Assembly (NCBI RefSeq): GCF_964194155.1
Contig: NC_135879.1
Span: 76,694,001-76,758,000 of the forward strand
Length of the DNA stretch: 64,000 nucleotides
From: Cetorhinus maximus
Lineage: Eukaryota
Direction: 5' to 3'
Shown: positions 12,745 through 25,577 of the stretch, in pieces
Layout of the letters: the number at the start of each line of letters is the position of its first letter
Numbering within the stretch: position 1 is the first letter of the stretch
The notes under the pieces: model-generated
Told to the model about the DNA's origin: nothing
What the model saw: the letters and a program-made list of their open reading frames with translations, nothing else
Database searches by the model: none
Translations under genes and position numbers: made by a program

Positions 12745-12960
12745 CTTGGTTTTCCAGGAGTGGGACATGAACCCACAACCCTCTGATTCAAAGGCGAGGG
12801 TGCTATGAACTGAGCCACAGCTGACACAGATGGTGCAAGAGCAGCTTCTGCAGAGGTCACACAACAAGCACTCGTAGGGTACCTGCAGCTCCAGCTTGAT
12901 TATAGCAGTCCACACTAACAAATAGCTGGTTACATTATAATTATGAGTGAACTTTACTGT
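12745..12960 (-). mobile_element. tRNA-derived SINE fragment
   Basis: Minus strand GTGGCTCAGTTCATAGCACCCTCGCC...GGGTTCATGTCCCACTCC with A and B boxes; no complete cloverleaf. Confidence 0.65.
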
Positions 12961-13156
12961 GAATGCAATAGTGTGCTCTGAATTTAATGTACGCTCTGGT
13001 GTGGTAATAAAGAAGAATTGCAATGAGAAAGACAACTTTAAAAGATTATAATTGTGTGTGCATGTAATAGAGCTTCTTAATTCAGTTTTTCAGTGTTTTT
13101 TCTGACTGGCTCAGCAGTGAGGTTTTATTTTTCAAAGGGATGATGCACAAAATTAA

Positions 13157-13384
13157 AGCAAAATACTGCGGAAGCTGGAAATCTGAAACAAAAACAGAAA
13201 ATGCTGGAAAAACTCAGCAGTCTAACAGCATCTGTGGAGAGAAAAAAAAGAGTTAACGTTTCGAGTCCTTATGACTCTTCAGAGCTCTGAAGAAAAGTCA
13301 TAAGGACTTGAAACGTTAACTCTTTTTTTTCCTCTCTCCACAGATGCTGTTAGAGCTGCTGAGTTTTCCAGCATTTTCTGTTTT
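13157..13384. mobile_element. Palindromic Penelope-derived element (inverted 3' ends) with hammerhead motif
   Basis: About 100-bp inverted arms centred on CTTCAGAG|CTCTGAAG (13284/13285); 16-bp TSD TGATGCACAAAATTAA at 13141-13156 and 13385-13400. Confidence 0.88.
13282..13322 (+). ncRNA. Minimal type-I hammerhead ribozyme motif
   Basis: GAGCT-CTGAAGA-A-AAGTC(ATAAG)GACTT-GAAA-C-GTT-AACTC: complete CUGANGA/GAAA core, 5-bp stem II, self-complementary AACGTT stem III. Confidence 0.65.
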
Positions 13385-14282
13385 TGATGCACAAAATTAA
13401 GTTGATTTCAACTACAGTTTGTGTAGTCAGTCCCCAGGAAATTTGTGTACTTAATTGGAAAATAGATTATGCCACATAGATTTTTAGACCTATGTTTTTT
13501 TTCAGCATTTTCTGTTTTTGATGCATAAAATTGAGTTGATTTGTGTAGTCAGTCCCCAAGAAATTTCTTTGTAGTTAGTTGGAAATATAGATTATGTCAC
13601 AGAAGTGGGCAATTTGGCCCATCGTGTCTGGCTGAAAAAGAGCTATTTAGACTAATCCCACCATTTCACAGTTCCTCGGATCCTTTTTTTTAATGTACAG
13701 GGGTTGTTGGGCAGTTTACGTTCATTCATGCCTGTGGACTCGATGGGTCAAATGGCCTCCTTCAATGCCTTACTAACCCAATGCTGCCAGCCTGTTCTTT
13801 TTCCCTCAGCAATGTTGCTAAAAATTGGGAAATACCTTTTTTGTATGGTTTCTAGAAAATGTCATTTCTGCAGTTAACAGGTAAATCTGAAGGCTGGTTT
13901 TTTTTTTGCTCAGAAACTTGATTGCCAAATTTATTATGCCTGTTTTATCTAACAATGCTAATGAAGAGCCATAACTCACTAAAACATTAAATACACTGTT
14001 TTGATGTCTAGTTCTTTGAAAATAAATTTTACTGGAATTATTTTCTGAAAGTTCATGCGCATATCTTGAGTACTTTTCTTTTTGGTAAAGTTGAGGTCTA
14101 GCAATCCTTGGAAATGATGGGCTGCTTGGGAAAGGCGTTGCTGAATATTTTATTTGTAGTTGTAAAATTTAAGCTTTTAAATTATTAAAATAACTTGAGC
14201 CAATGGATGTGACACTTTTTGAATCTAAGAACTTTGATGATAGATTACACTTTTTATCTCTTCATTTTTGCTTCTTATCCAG

Positions 14283-14354
14283 GTGGTTTCAGGGGAGGCA
14301 GGGGAGGTGGTTTCAGAGGAGGCAGAGGTGGAGGAGGAGGCCGTGGTTTTAGAG
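14283..14354 (+). CDS. GAR1: GAR1 coding exon 5 (C-terminal GAR domain)
   Basis: [24 protein letters not shown]; pyrimidine tract plus CCAG acceptor, G|GTAAGT donor; phase 1-1, 72 nt. Confidence 0.92.
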
Positions 14355-14479
14355 GTAAGTGAGAAGTGCCAAAAAATATCAAAGATTGCCTTATAACTTC
14401 AATATCTTACAATCGTTTTTCTCATTTAAATGTTCACAATCCTTTAAACAGTTGTACTATGTTTGAGTAAAGTTTCATA

Positions 14480-15620
14480 GAAGTTTGAAACCCAGGGGAA
14501 GGTCATTTTGCCCATATTAGCAGTGGCAGCTCATTCCTAATGTCACAGTGCCCCCCCCCCCCCCCCCCCGTTCTCTCCATCATAGCTCTGCATCTTTCTC
14601 TCCTTTAGACATTTATCCAATTTTCCCATACAAGATCCAATGGTCTCTACTTAAACCACTCACTGTGGCAAAGCATTCTACATTGCAACAATCTTCTACA
14701 TAAAGAAATTTGTCCAATTCTTGCTCATCACTCTTGGTGACTTTTTTAAATTGAAGAACCCTTGTCACTGACTCCCAAACCAAAGGGAAATAAGCATTTG
14801 GGTTCACTCCCTTCAAAACTCAGTGCAATTTTAGAACATTTTATAAATCTCCACTTACTTAGTATTCCTGTGGAAATAGCCCTAATATCTCCAGTCTCCC
14901 CTCCTATTTAAGGTTTTCCCTTGTATCATCCAGGTGAATCTAAGCAAAGTGCTCTCTGAATGTATTGTCCTTTCTGTAATGAGGTGTCAAAATGGCACTC
15001 TGTGCTCTATAACTGTCATAACCAATGCTTTGCTCATAATTACTTCTTTATACTGGTACACTGCTGCTACTTATAAAATCTCAAATTCTATAGGCCTTTT
15101 AAATAGTTTTATCTACCCACCCTTGCATTTTCAGGGAATTATATTTGTGAAGCACATACCCTACCATTCCAACCAAGTCTGTTTTTTCATCCACATCCTT
15201 CAGTATTGCATATATGATCCCATTTCTTTGTTTTTCTTGCCATAATGAATTATTTCAAATTTAAATTGCACTTGCTACCTTTCCACTTATTTCACTACGC
15301 CATCCATCTTTAAATATTTTGCAATTCTCCATGCTGTTTGTCAAATCTCCAACTCTTGTGGTCAGCCAACTAAGATTACATTCCCTATGCCAAAGTTCAG
15401 ATTATTTATATATGCCAAGAACAAAAATGAACCCAGCAATGATCCCTCAGCCACAACACTTCCAAGCCTTCTCCAGTCTGAACAACCGTTTATCCTAACT
15501 CTGTTTCCTATCTGACTTCCTGCGATGTTTCCTCTTGTATACCTGATTATTTCTGACAGGCCTTCTGTGAGACACCTTATCAAATGCCAACTGAAAGTTC
15601 ATCTGCAGCATTGCCTTTAC
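14480..15620 (-). mobile_element. Old CR1 LINE 3' part
   Basis: Degenerate RT text EGSLLGSFLFLAYINNL and C-terminal FPLVWESVTR. Confidence 0.75.
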
Positions 15621-15891
15621 TTATCCAGTTGCTTCCTGCAAAGAAGTTCAGGTGCCAGTACTATTACATGTCCCCCTCTCCATTATTCTTGTGTAAAGTT
15701 CTGTGGGATTCTCTGGGCCATTCTAGATTGGATTTCAGAAGGCTGTTGGCCAAACCTAAACCTGTCTACACATGTGCTGTTTCCCATGGGGACACTATTG
15801 CAGATATGCAAGGTTCTTCCTTGAATATAGCTTGTCATGATTCGCTCTGTTACTATGCTTGTGATTGATATCCCCTTATTTCTCCTAATAG

Positions 15892-15908
15892 GTGGGGGCG
15901 GAAGGTGA
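15892..15908 (+). CDS. GAR1: GAR1 last coding exon (GGGGR-stop)
   Basis: CCCCTTATTTCTCCTAATAG acceptor, then GT GGG GGC GGA AGG TGA; gives a 663-nt CDS (220 aa); AT-rich 3' UTR follows. Confidence 0.8.
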
Positions 15909-16043
15909 AATTACAAATATTTGAAGATTGTGCAGCAACCTACAAGTTTACTGTTTTAGTCCTCCCTTATTTTGCCAGATATGAACTCCATCAGATTTTT
16001 GTGGTTTATTTTATGTAAGATATTATTGTATTATTTGCATAGT

Positions 16044-16307
16044 AATAAATCACATCTGTATGTATTGATATAGATGTATTTGAGGGTCCAAAGTGCCAGT
16101 CCATAATTTGTTTATATAGTGATGGAAATATCATCAATATTCTAATCCAACTAGTTCTGAACACATATTGTGCACAAGAATACAAAGGAAGTAGTTTGTA
16201 TTGAACTAAGGGAATCGTATAATGTTATACTGATTATAAAAATACTTGTTCTACAAAATAGTACACTTTGGGATAATGTTTCAGAATAATATTTGTTTTA
16301 AAATAAA
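16044..16307 (+). terminator. GAR1: Candidate GAR1 polyadenylation signals
   Basis: AATAAA at 16044-16049 and 16302-16307 in the AT-rich region after the stop. Confidence 0.55.
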
Positions 16308-18098
16308 TGTTTTTACACAAAGTTGTGAGCATATAATTTTTAGCTGAAAGTCACCTGACTGAGACTACGCAGAAGTAGCTTAAACAGGATGCGATTGTTG
16401 AGACTATGTTAATAGCTTTCAAACCATTACAATCTATGGAGCTGAGAGGATGCCCATAAAATGTTGATACTCTCTCAAGTGTCCCTAACTTTCAAAAAAC
16501 AAAAGTAAATTTACCCAAATGAAAATAATACAGAAAATTTTTAGTACAGGATAACAAATTGCATGCCAGTACCCAGGTAAATGCAGGAAATATGGTTTAT
16601 CTAGACCCTGCACTTGCATCCCACAATATAAAAGAATGCTTTTTACAGTTGGCAGTATTTTCTCTGGGTGGGGAATTCTTAGGTATCATGATGGCTTCTT
16701 AGGGTTTGAAATGTCAAACTTGGACATGAATCTGACTGACAAACTTTTGAAAATTTAGGGTGGAAGCTAAACTGCACATTTTAAAATTCTGGCAGCCCAT
16801 GGATCCCCTATCAAAATTAAAACTAGCAAGTTTACCTTTTAATTTTGTTCCTGTTGTGATTTTAGAACTTTTCTAATATTTTTATCCTGGATTAGTTTGA
16901 CTCTTGTAACCTATCACTCTCTGAGCTGAGTCCCAACTCACCATTACTTTTTTATATCTTTGGCTTAAAATCTAGGTAAGTTTTGTGTAAAAAGCTTGTG
17001 AGAAAACACAGCAAACCAGTCTGGTAATTGGTTTTGGCTCCTATTCTTTTCTCCTTAAGATCTGACTCGAGTCTTCAAAAGCAGTGTAGCATCGTTATCA
17101 GACCTCCTTCAAGTTTTAAAAAAAAAGGGTGAATTTATCAAATAAAAAAACAAGCACATAATAACAGACACATCATTACACAGTGACAGTAGACACCCTT
17201 ACATCTAACTGAGTGGAGAAAATGATGAAAGAAATTGCAATATTTAAGGGCTAAGTTAATCCTTTCTTTGTGTTTCTTTCCTTAACTATTCTTGAAGCCT
17301 GATTATCTACAATGCTTCTTGGGAATTCACCCTCCAACCCCTTTCAGTAGCTCGAAACTTATCAGTTCTTTTGAAACTGACTTTTATTTGGGTGGAATAG
17401 ATTCTTTTACAGAAAATTGTTAACAAGGTTTTCTGGAGTTTGAATATCTCACCATGCAAACTTGAAAGAATTAACTGTCAACCATGTAGACTGAACCAAT
17501 CGCACAGCTCTTTTTAAGGTTTAATTATTTTTGTCCCTGGCTTGAAACCACTGAAAATTCAAAAACAAAAGTAAATTTACCCAAATGAAAATAATACAGA
17601 AAACTTAATTAGTACAAGCTTGGTAATGGATCTTATTTTTGTCACCATTCCTAAGGGTTGCAAATAATTTAAACATTCATACACAAAAGCATTTGAGAGC
17701 TTCACCATTATCCTGTTGTTCACATGTACATTTCCTTCCATCATTGCTATGTGCCGCCACATCAAGGCTGGGACTGTGCTAGTATGCTAAAGACCAAGGG
17801 TCTAGCGACAGGGAGGAATTGAAGAAAATCAATATGAGTAAAAAACATGGTGCTAGACTTGTTCTAGTTTGTACATTGAGCTCCAACCTCCTGTTGTATT
17901 CCTGACTTTCTCTCTCGTAAGATATAGAAATAGTTGGAGAATTCAGGAGGCAATAAGTGGATAGGAAAAAGCAGCTGCTCAGACATTAAGAAAAATTTGC
18001 AATATAAGGAATTCTCTTCCCATTATTTGTGCAAATGTATTATTCAGTTTCAATACTGTTATTAGAATCACAATGTAATTTCAGCCTAATTTCTCCCA

Positions 18099-18347
18099 AA
18101 TTTAGACCCGCCCAACCGACTTTAGACACCCCTACCCCACTTCAGAGCAGCACACCCAACTTTAGAAACTCTCACCAGACTTTAGTACCCGCCAACCAAC
18201 TTTCGAACCACCCACTCGAATTTAGAGAAGCGCAGCCAACTTTAGAACCGTCTCAGACTTTCAAACCACCTATCCCACTTTAGACACCCCCAGCTGAAAT
18301 TAGACCTGCCCTCCGCATGTTAGATCAGCCCACCTGACTTTGGAACC
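18099..18347. repeat. 20-bp-period degenerate tandem array, about 13 units, core (A)CTTTAGA
   Basis: TTTAGA-like core at 18101, 18121, 18141, 18161, 18181, 18201, 18221 and 18241, then one 18-bp unit, then 20-bp spacing again; C/A-rich variable spacers. Confidence 0.85.
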
Positions 18348-18349
18348 AC

Positions 18350-21300
18350 AGCCTATGGAGAGGGTGGGAGGGGAGAATCTTACATGTGGATCAAACAGAA
18401 GGGGATGATCAGAGGCAGGAAACCACAACCAAGGGAGATTATTAATCGTAAGCAATTGATCTTGAAAGAATGAATGAAATGGAAGGGAACTTTGAGGTAT
18501 GGTATAAGTTTGAAGATCTGAAAGAACAATGGTCACAGTAGGAAATTGAAGTCTGGTGGGACTAGCAGAAGGGGCTGGTGTTGAAAATAGGTGTTGTTTT
18601 TCCCCGGACACTGGCACCACAACTGGAGGTAAAGAAGGAGCTGTACTGATGGAATAGATTCCATCTGAGCCATAATGGGACCAATGTTGTGGCAAAAAAG
18701 TTTAATTGGGAGATGGCAAAGGTTTTAAACTAGCAAGATGGGGGTAGGGATCTACAGGAAATGAAACAAGCCCAAATATAAATTAAACAGACTAAACAAA
18801 GGATGGACATAAATCACCAAGTAATAATTATAGTTCTAGAACTGGTGTGTAAAAAGATGGTTTAAAAAATAAAGTCGGAGGAGCTGGTATTAAAAATTAA
18901 TTAAAAATCTGTACAACAATGCAGTGTTCATAAAGCAGGGAACTGAAGGCAATACGTTGAGGAGCCAGAGACAACAGGCATGGCTACAGAATAATCTACA
19001 CTGGGAACTGAACATTGCAGGGTCTAACACATTTGGAAAGGATAGGAGAAGTGGAGTAATTGTACTTATTAGAGCTAATGTAATGGAAAAAGTGGCACAA
19101 CCATCAGTAAGACAGAGACAGAATCCATGTGGATGGAGATAAAAGATAAAGGATCAATCATACTGATATTAGGAATGTAAACTACATATATTGGAAGGTG
19201 GAGGAAGAAATATAGAAACAAATTAGGGGCTGAGTAAAAAACTGGATTAATAAGCATAGGGTATTTTAAATTACCCTGAAATAAATTAACCAGAAGAGGG
19301 AGGTAAAAATGTTTAGAGAATAGAATTCCAACAATGTGTAGTGGATTCCTTTCTAACCCAATAATGGGGTTTGAAGCACAGCAGCTAAGAGAAGCAAGAG
19401 GGGAACACTTAAGCAATAGTGAAAAAATATACTCTTTGAGATCAAAAGCTTAATTGGACCACCACATATATACTGTAGCTACAGGAGTAGATTAGAGGCT
19501 GAACATTCTGCAATGACAAATTCACCTTCTGACTCCCAAATACCTGTCCATCATCTACAAAGCACAGGTTAGGTGTGTGATGGAATATTCTTCACTTGCC
19601 CAGATGAGTGCAGCCTCAAAAACAACTCAAGAAGTTCAACATCATCCAGGACAAAACAGCCCATATGATTGGGACTCCATCCACTAATTTAAACATTTGC
19701 TCCCCTCACCACTGGCACACCATGGCTCCAGTGTGTGCAATTGACAAGGTGCATTGCAGCCAGCTCACCAAGCAACAGCACCTTCCAAACCTGTGACCTC
19801 TGTCGCCTGAAGAACAAGGCAGCAGGAGCATGGGAGCATCACCATCTGCAAATTCTTTTGAAAACATGCAGCACTGATTTGGAAATATATCGCCATTTCT
19901 TCATCATGGAACTCCCTGCCCAACAGTACTGCGGTTGTTCCTACACCTCAAAGAATGCAGTCATTCAAGAAAGCAGCTCACCACCACCTTCTCGAGCAGT
20001 TAGAGATAGGCAATAAAAGGTTTGCTTGCCAATGACCCATACATGCCATAAACAAATTAAGAATGACATAAGCATGACAAAGACAAAGGTAATACTGTAG
20101 TTAGGAAAAAAGTCAACTTTAAAGGGCTGAGAATAGAGCTACGGGAAAATAAGATGGACAACAATATTGGCAAACAATGAAATCGAATAGCAATAGGAAA
20201 CACTTAAAATAATATTCAATAGAGCCCTGGAAAAATATATTCAACTAAAAAACAACCAATTAAGCATTGATGAGACACCATGCATGAATGAAAACATTAG
20301 GGAAAAACTAAGGGTAAGGAAAAGGGCATACACTAAGTACATGGACAGCAGCAGCATACAGTTTGACAAGGGAGAATACAAAGAGATTAGGAGAGAAGTC
20401 AAAGCAACTATAAAGGCAAAGAGAAACTATTAAATTATCAAGGAACAAAAAATAGTAAAATATCGTATAGGCACATAAATATAAAAATTATAAGTCGGGA
20501 TGAGAATAGGTCCATTAAAAGGGATGACAGGATAAAATCTCAGCCAGTTATAGCTAAATGGCTAAAATATTAAATAATTACTTTGCTTTAGTATTTACCA
20601 GGTGGCCATGACATCAGAAAATGAGAATAGTAATGTTATAACCACTTCTAAAGTAAAGAGATTAAATATTAAATAAACTATTCAAGCTCAAAGAAAATAA
20701 AATCTCTGATCTAGATGAATTGCATGTGCACATTTTCAAAGAAGGGATAGCAGGGGCACTATTGCACATATTTAAAAATCCATAAGTAAAAGGTATAGTG
20801 CAAGAGGACAGAGATTAACTAATATGTCACCTATATGTAAGAAAGGGGAAAGAACATGTCTAGTGGACTACACACCAGTTAGCTCGACATTGGTTGGAAA
20901 AATAATGGAATCCCTACTAAATGAGAAAATAGAAATGCATGTACAAACCAAAGTTATAATAAATAGTCCACACGATGGATTTCAAAAGGGAAAGTCTTGT
21001 TTGACCAACATCATTAGTAGACAAGAATAATGCAGTAAAAACCACTTATCTATATTTCCAAAGGTCTATGATAAGGGCCACATAACAAACTATTGGAAAA
21101 GTCAGAGCATGCATAGTCAGGGTACGAGTAGTAGAATGGATAATTACCTGGCTGCATTACAAAGAGAGAACAGGTGAAAAGTTAACAATTCAGAATGCCA
21201 GAAGGTGGTAAGTGGGGTCTCACAAGGATCACTCCTGGGGCTACTGTTGTCCACAATGTATATTAAATATTTAGACATTGAAATCAAAAACACATTTTCT

Positions 21301-24300
21301 AAATTTGCGATGACAGCAAATTGGGAGAGAGCCAATACCGAGGACTTCCAAAAGTTATTAGCAAATATTAATATTCTTGAAGAATGGACAATTCATTGAC
21401 AAGTGAATTTCAATACAGTTATGTATCATGTATTATATTTCGGTGCAAGAAAACAGGATATTACTTGGAAAATAAGAATCTAAATGGGGTAGATGTGCAA
21501 AGGGATCTGGAAGTACAAATACAAAAATCACTAAAAGTAGTAATGCAGTTTGATAAGGCCATCAAAAAAAGCCATCCAAGGTTGGTAGGCTGTAGCTAGC
21601 AGGATACCACAATGGTCAGTACTTGGGCTCAGCTGTTTACAGTCTATATTCATGAATTAAATAAGGGGACTCAATGTGACATATTGAAGTTTGCTGACAA
21701 TACAAAGTTAAGTGGGAAGGTAAGCAGTAAGGAGGATACAAAGACACTGTAGAGGGATATAGATGGGTTGGGTGAGTGAGCAAGAACATGGCAGATGGAT
21801 TACAAATGGTGAAGTGTGGTTATTTATCCACTTGTAGGAAATATAAAATGGAATATTTTTTGAATGGTAAGAGACCTGGAAATGTTTGCACTCAAAGGGA
21901 CCTGGATGTTATATATGAGTCACAGAAAATTAACATGCAGGTACAGCAAGCAATTCAGAAGGCAAATGGTATGTTACCTTTGTTTCAAAGGGACTGGAGG
22001 ATAAGAATAAAGAAGCCTTGCTATTATTATGCCTTGCTATCTTGTGGTACAGTAGTGTTAGGAAATAGAGACAGTTTAAGCAAGTTATATTTGTATTTTG
22101 TGGGTGTTAGGAATGAGTTTTAGCTTTAAAGTTTAATTTTCATTGTATTTCTGTATTTGTGTATTAAGAAAAGGTCAAGATGAGTTTTAGTTTCACTTTA
22201 AAAGGTGCCTACATTTCTAATGAGTTTTTTAACAACTGTTGAAGGGAAGTTAAAGCAATCACAAGAATAGAAAAAAATCTGTGCTGTTGCCTAGCAACAG
22301 GGGTCCAGAGAGGCAGGCCCCACCCACACACACAAAAAACTAGACGAAAGCAGTTTGAGTTCAGTTGAAAGTAGCTGCCAGAGAGAGACTGGAGCAAAAG
22401 GACAGATAGCAAGTTCCAAGCTAAAGAAAGTCCCCAACTCCAGGGGAGTGGAACATGAGAAAGACGCAAAAAGACCTTCTAGTCAAAGTGAGGACAGGAA
22501 CCTGGAAAAAGTCATGCTAAGTGAAGTTAAGAGCGAAGAGCAGAGGAAGGCTCCAAGCTTCAAGATTAAAGGAACAAAAGCTACAGAAAGCAAAATTTAA
22601 AGTGAGAGGCCAGAAGATCCAAAGGTCTTTAACTCTTTGCAATGAGCGTGTAAAGCAGTGGTGTACTGCTGACGGCTGAGTTGGAAAACGAGTGCGTGGA
22701 AGAAAGCTTGAATGCTTGTGGTAACCCAGGGGAGAGGAACATTGGAAGGAGAGTTTGAAACCCTGGAGGTGGACACTTGTGGAAGGCGCCTGAGAGAAAG
22801 CGTCAGTTTGGGAGAAAATTCCCAAGCGAGTTCTTGGAGAGTGGAGAATGGAAACCCTCATATGAAAGACATAGTTCAGTGAGACTGGTTGGCTCACAGT
22901 GTGACAAGCGTCTGGGGGGAAGCTGATGAGAGATTCATAGCATCTGTTTGGAGTGGCATCTGTCACTTGGTTTCAGGGTGTGGTATGCCTGACCACAAAT
23001 CACCAATTGGTTTACCTGGACTATGTACTTAGTGTGAACATTAAAGTATAAGATAGCTTTTGTAACTTGTGTTATCCTTACAAATCTGTATATATCTGTA
23101 AAAGTATAGTTGTGGGTGAAGGAGTATTGTAATATAGTTCATGTTTTCTGGTTTAATAAATGTTTTATTCTTTTGTTAAAAGTTCATTAACTGACTCCTG
23201 TGACTCTGTTCAATAGCTACTCTCCAGGTATCTAAACAGACAAATAAAAGTAAGGATCTATCAAGCCGGGGTCCACCCTGGGATCAGGCTTGTCCAGTAG
23301 TAACATCAGCTGGGATCGTAACAATGGCTAGTGTACCCATCTCTCTGCAGAAGCTCTGGGTTCAAGTCCCACCCCAGGACTTAATGACCAAGGAAAGTGT
23401 GTTCATAGTGTGACCAAACAGATTGAGTATCAACCTGTAAATCCTTCCAACACATGCCAATGGCAGGTGGTAAGTGTGGGAGAGATTCCTGGTTAGCCAT
23501 GTGATGGAAAGAATGTTGGAGTCTCTTTCACAATTCATATAGCTGCAGGCTACAACATATATGTAAAAATTTGGTGTTGCCAAGCAACTTGGACTCCCTT
23601 AGTGAACTGTAACACACCACCACCACTACTATAATCATACAAGGTATTGGTGAGGCCAGACCTGGGGGACTTGTGTACAGTTTTTGTCTCCTTTCCTAAG
23701 GATGGACATACTTGCACCAGAGGGAGTGCAATGAAAGTTCATTAGACTTATTCCTGGGATGAGGGGGTTGACCTGTCAGGAGGAATTGAGTAGACTGGAC
23801 CTATATTGACCAAGTAAATGCCAAGAAAATGTTTTCCATTGTTGGGGAATCTAGAACATGGGGTCACATTTTCAGAATAATGGGGCAGCCATTTGGGATT
23901 GAGATGAGAATAAATTTCTTCACTGAAAGGGTTGTGAATTTTTGCAATTCTCTACCCATTAGAGTCGTAGATGCTAAATCATTGACTATATTCAAGACAG
24001 AGGTTGATAGATTTTTGGGTACTGATGGTATTAATGGATATAGGGCTAGTGCGAAAATGTGGAGTTGAAGGAGAAGGTAAACGATGATCATGTTGAATAG
24101 TGGAGCAGACTCAAAGGGACAAATGGCCTAATCTTGCTTCTATTTCTTCTGTTCTTATGTCTAATATAAGAGGGATAAAATTTAAAAATAGAGAAGTTCT
24201 GCTAAACCTGTATTGAATCTTGTTTGGCCACACTTGGAATACTGAGTCCAATGCTGGTTGTATGAAAAAAAAATGTAAAAAAGATTTATGAGGATGTTAC

Positions 24301-24760
24301 CAGAAATATGAGATTATGCCTATCTGAAAAGGATGAACAGGTTGAGCTTCTTCTCTCCTGAAAAGCCATGGCTGAAAGGTGATAGATTTATTTTAAAATT
24401 ATGAAAGTTTTGGTATGATAGACATGGAGAGAATGTTTCAATGTGTGGGGATTAACAAAACTACAGCCCATCAATATAAGATAGTCACCAAGAAATCAAA
24501 TAAGAAATTCAGAAGAAGGTTTTAATCTAGAGAGTGGTAAGAATGTGGAAAAAGGTACCACGGGAAGTGATTGAGGCAGAATAACATTTAAGGGGAAGAT
24601 AGATAAGCATATGAGGGAGAAGTGGATAGAGGTTTATGCTGATTTAGTTAGATGCAGAATGGATGGGAGGAGGCTTCAGCGGTGCACAAACTCCAGTGTG
24701 GACAGGTTGGGCAGAATGGCCTCTTTCTGTGCTGTATATTCTATATAATTATAGGTCATT
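18350..24760 (+). mobile_element. Mosaic of decayed CR1 LINEs with nested LINE tail (about 19440-20060), LTR and SINE (about 23324-23610)
   Basis: RT motifs GFQKGKSCLTN and SGVSQGSLLGLLLSTMYI; tail FFTERVVNFCNSLP; many stops and frameshifts. Confidence 0.8.
22043..23323 (+). mobile_element. Solo LTR inserted in CR1
   Basis: TGTGG...GTAACA termini, AATAAA near 23155; TSD not clear. Confidence 0.65.
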
Positions 24761-24989
24761 CTAATGGCTGGGAGGGATTTTGATGGCAGGGATGGGCAAA
24801 TTAATGCGCTAGAAATATGAGAGAAACCTAGAAGCAGGGTCAGGTGTTCTTTTCTAGTTGGTAATGACTTTTGCACAATTATCTTTCAATATTTTTAATA
24901 GCAATTTTGTGGAAAGGGTAAATTCAACTTTCAGGATGAGCTTGCATCATCTCAAAACTGGATATGGATAAAGCAGTGTGGAATGATTA

Positions 24990-25444
24990 CCATGGTGACG
25001 TAATTCAAAAGGATTTTCAGGGTGCTAGTAATGGCTGTGCTGTGACCCCTCAGCTTTAAACTTCTTTATACAACACCTGAATGAACATTTGCCAATTCAA
25101 TGTGATGATACCTGAAACATGCTCCTACTCAGGATGGTTGTTGGAAGTGCAATTTATTTACTGTAAGAGGAAGAGTGCCATGTGACTTAAATCTTATTCA
25201 AGTAATTCTCTGCATAGTAAAGTACCAGATCTGTGGAGCTCATTGTTCAACTAACAAGGAGTTTGAGTTCCAGAATTTAAATCCCTTTCACTGGTTGATC
25301 CAAATAACCTTGCAGCAGCCACAGCAAGAGAGTCTTTGTGACTTGGAGACGAGCCTGCGTCTCCATTTTTACTCTTGAAAATATAAAAACAGAATTTCTC
25401 TCGGATTTTTGTTGGAATCATAAGTGTTTTCTAACCACTGTAAA
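24990..25444 (+). promoter_or_regulatory. RRH: Putative RRH proximal promoter
   Basis: Non-repetitive stretch before the ATG with TATAAAA at 25382-25388, CATGTGA (MITF-type E-box) at 25179-25185, CATTGT (SOX-like) near 25241 and TGACGTAA near 24996. Motif matches only. Confidence 0.4.
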
Positions 25445-25577
25445 ATGGAAGATGCTTTAGAAACCCTATCTGGGGATACTACCTTCAATTCCTCTACAGA
25501 CACCACTGAAATGGAATCCAAATCTGTCTTCTCTCAGAGGGAACATAACATCATTGCAGCTTACTTGATAACTGCAG
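25445..25577 (+). CDS. RRH: Peropsin (RPE-derived rhodopsin homolog) exon 1
   Basis: MEDALETLSGDTTFNSST...SVFSQREHNIIAAYLITAG; N-glycosylation site NSS; donor G|GTAC. Confidence 0.92.

Noticed and set aside
16491-17619. About 55-bp direct repeat (16491-16550 and 17558-17619)
   Set aside because: Most likely two remnants of the same decayed LTR-like repeat; no TSD or coding content between them.
18099-18347. CRISPR-like repeat-spacer appearance
   Set aside because: The repeat is only about 8 bp and spacers about 12 bp; no cas genes; vertebrate context. Kept as a phased repeat instead.
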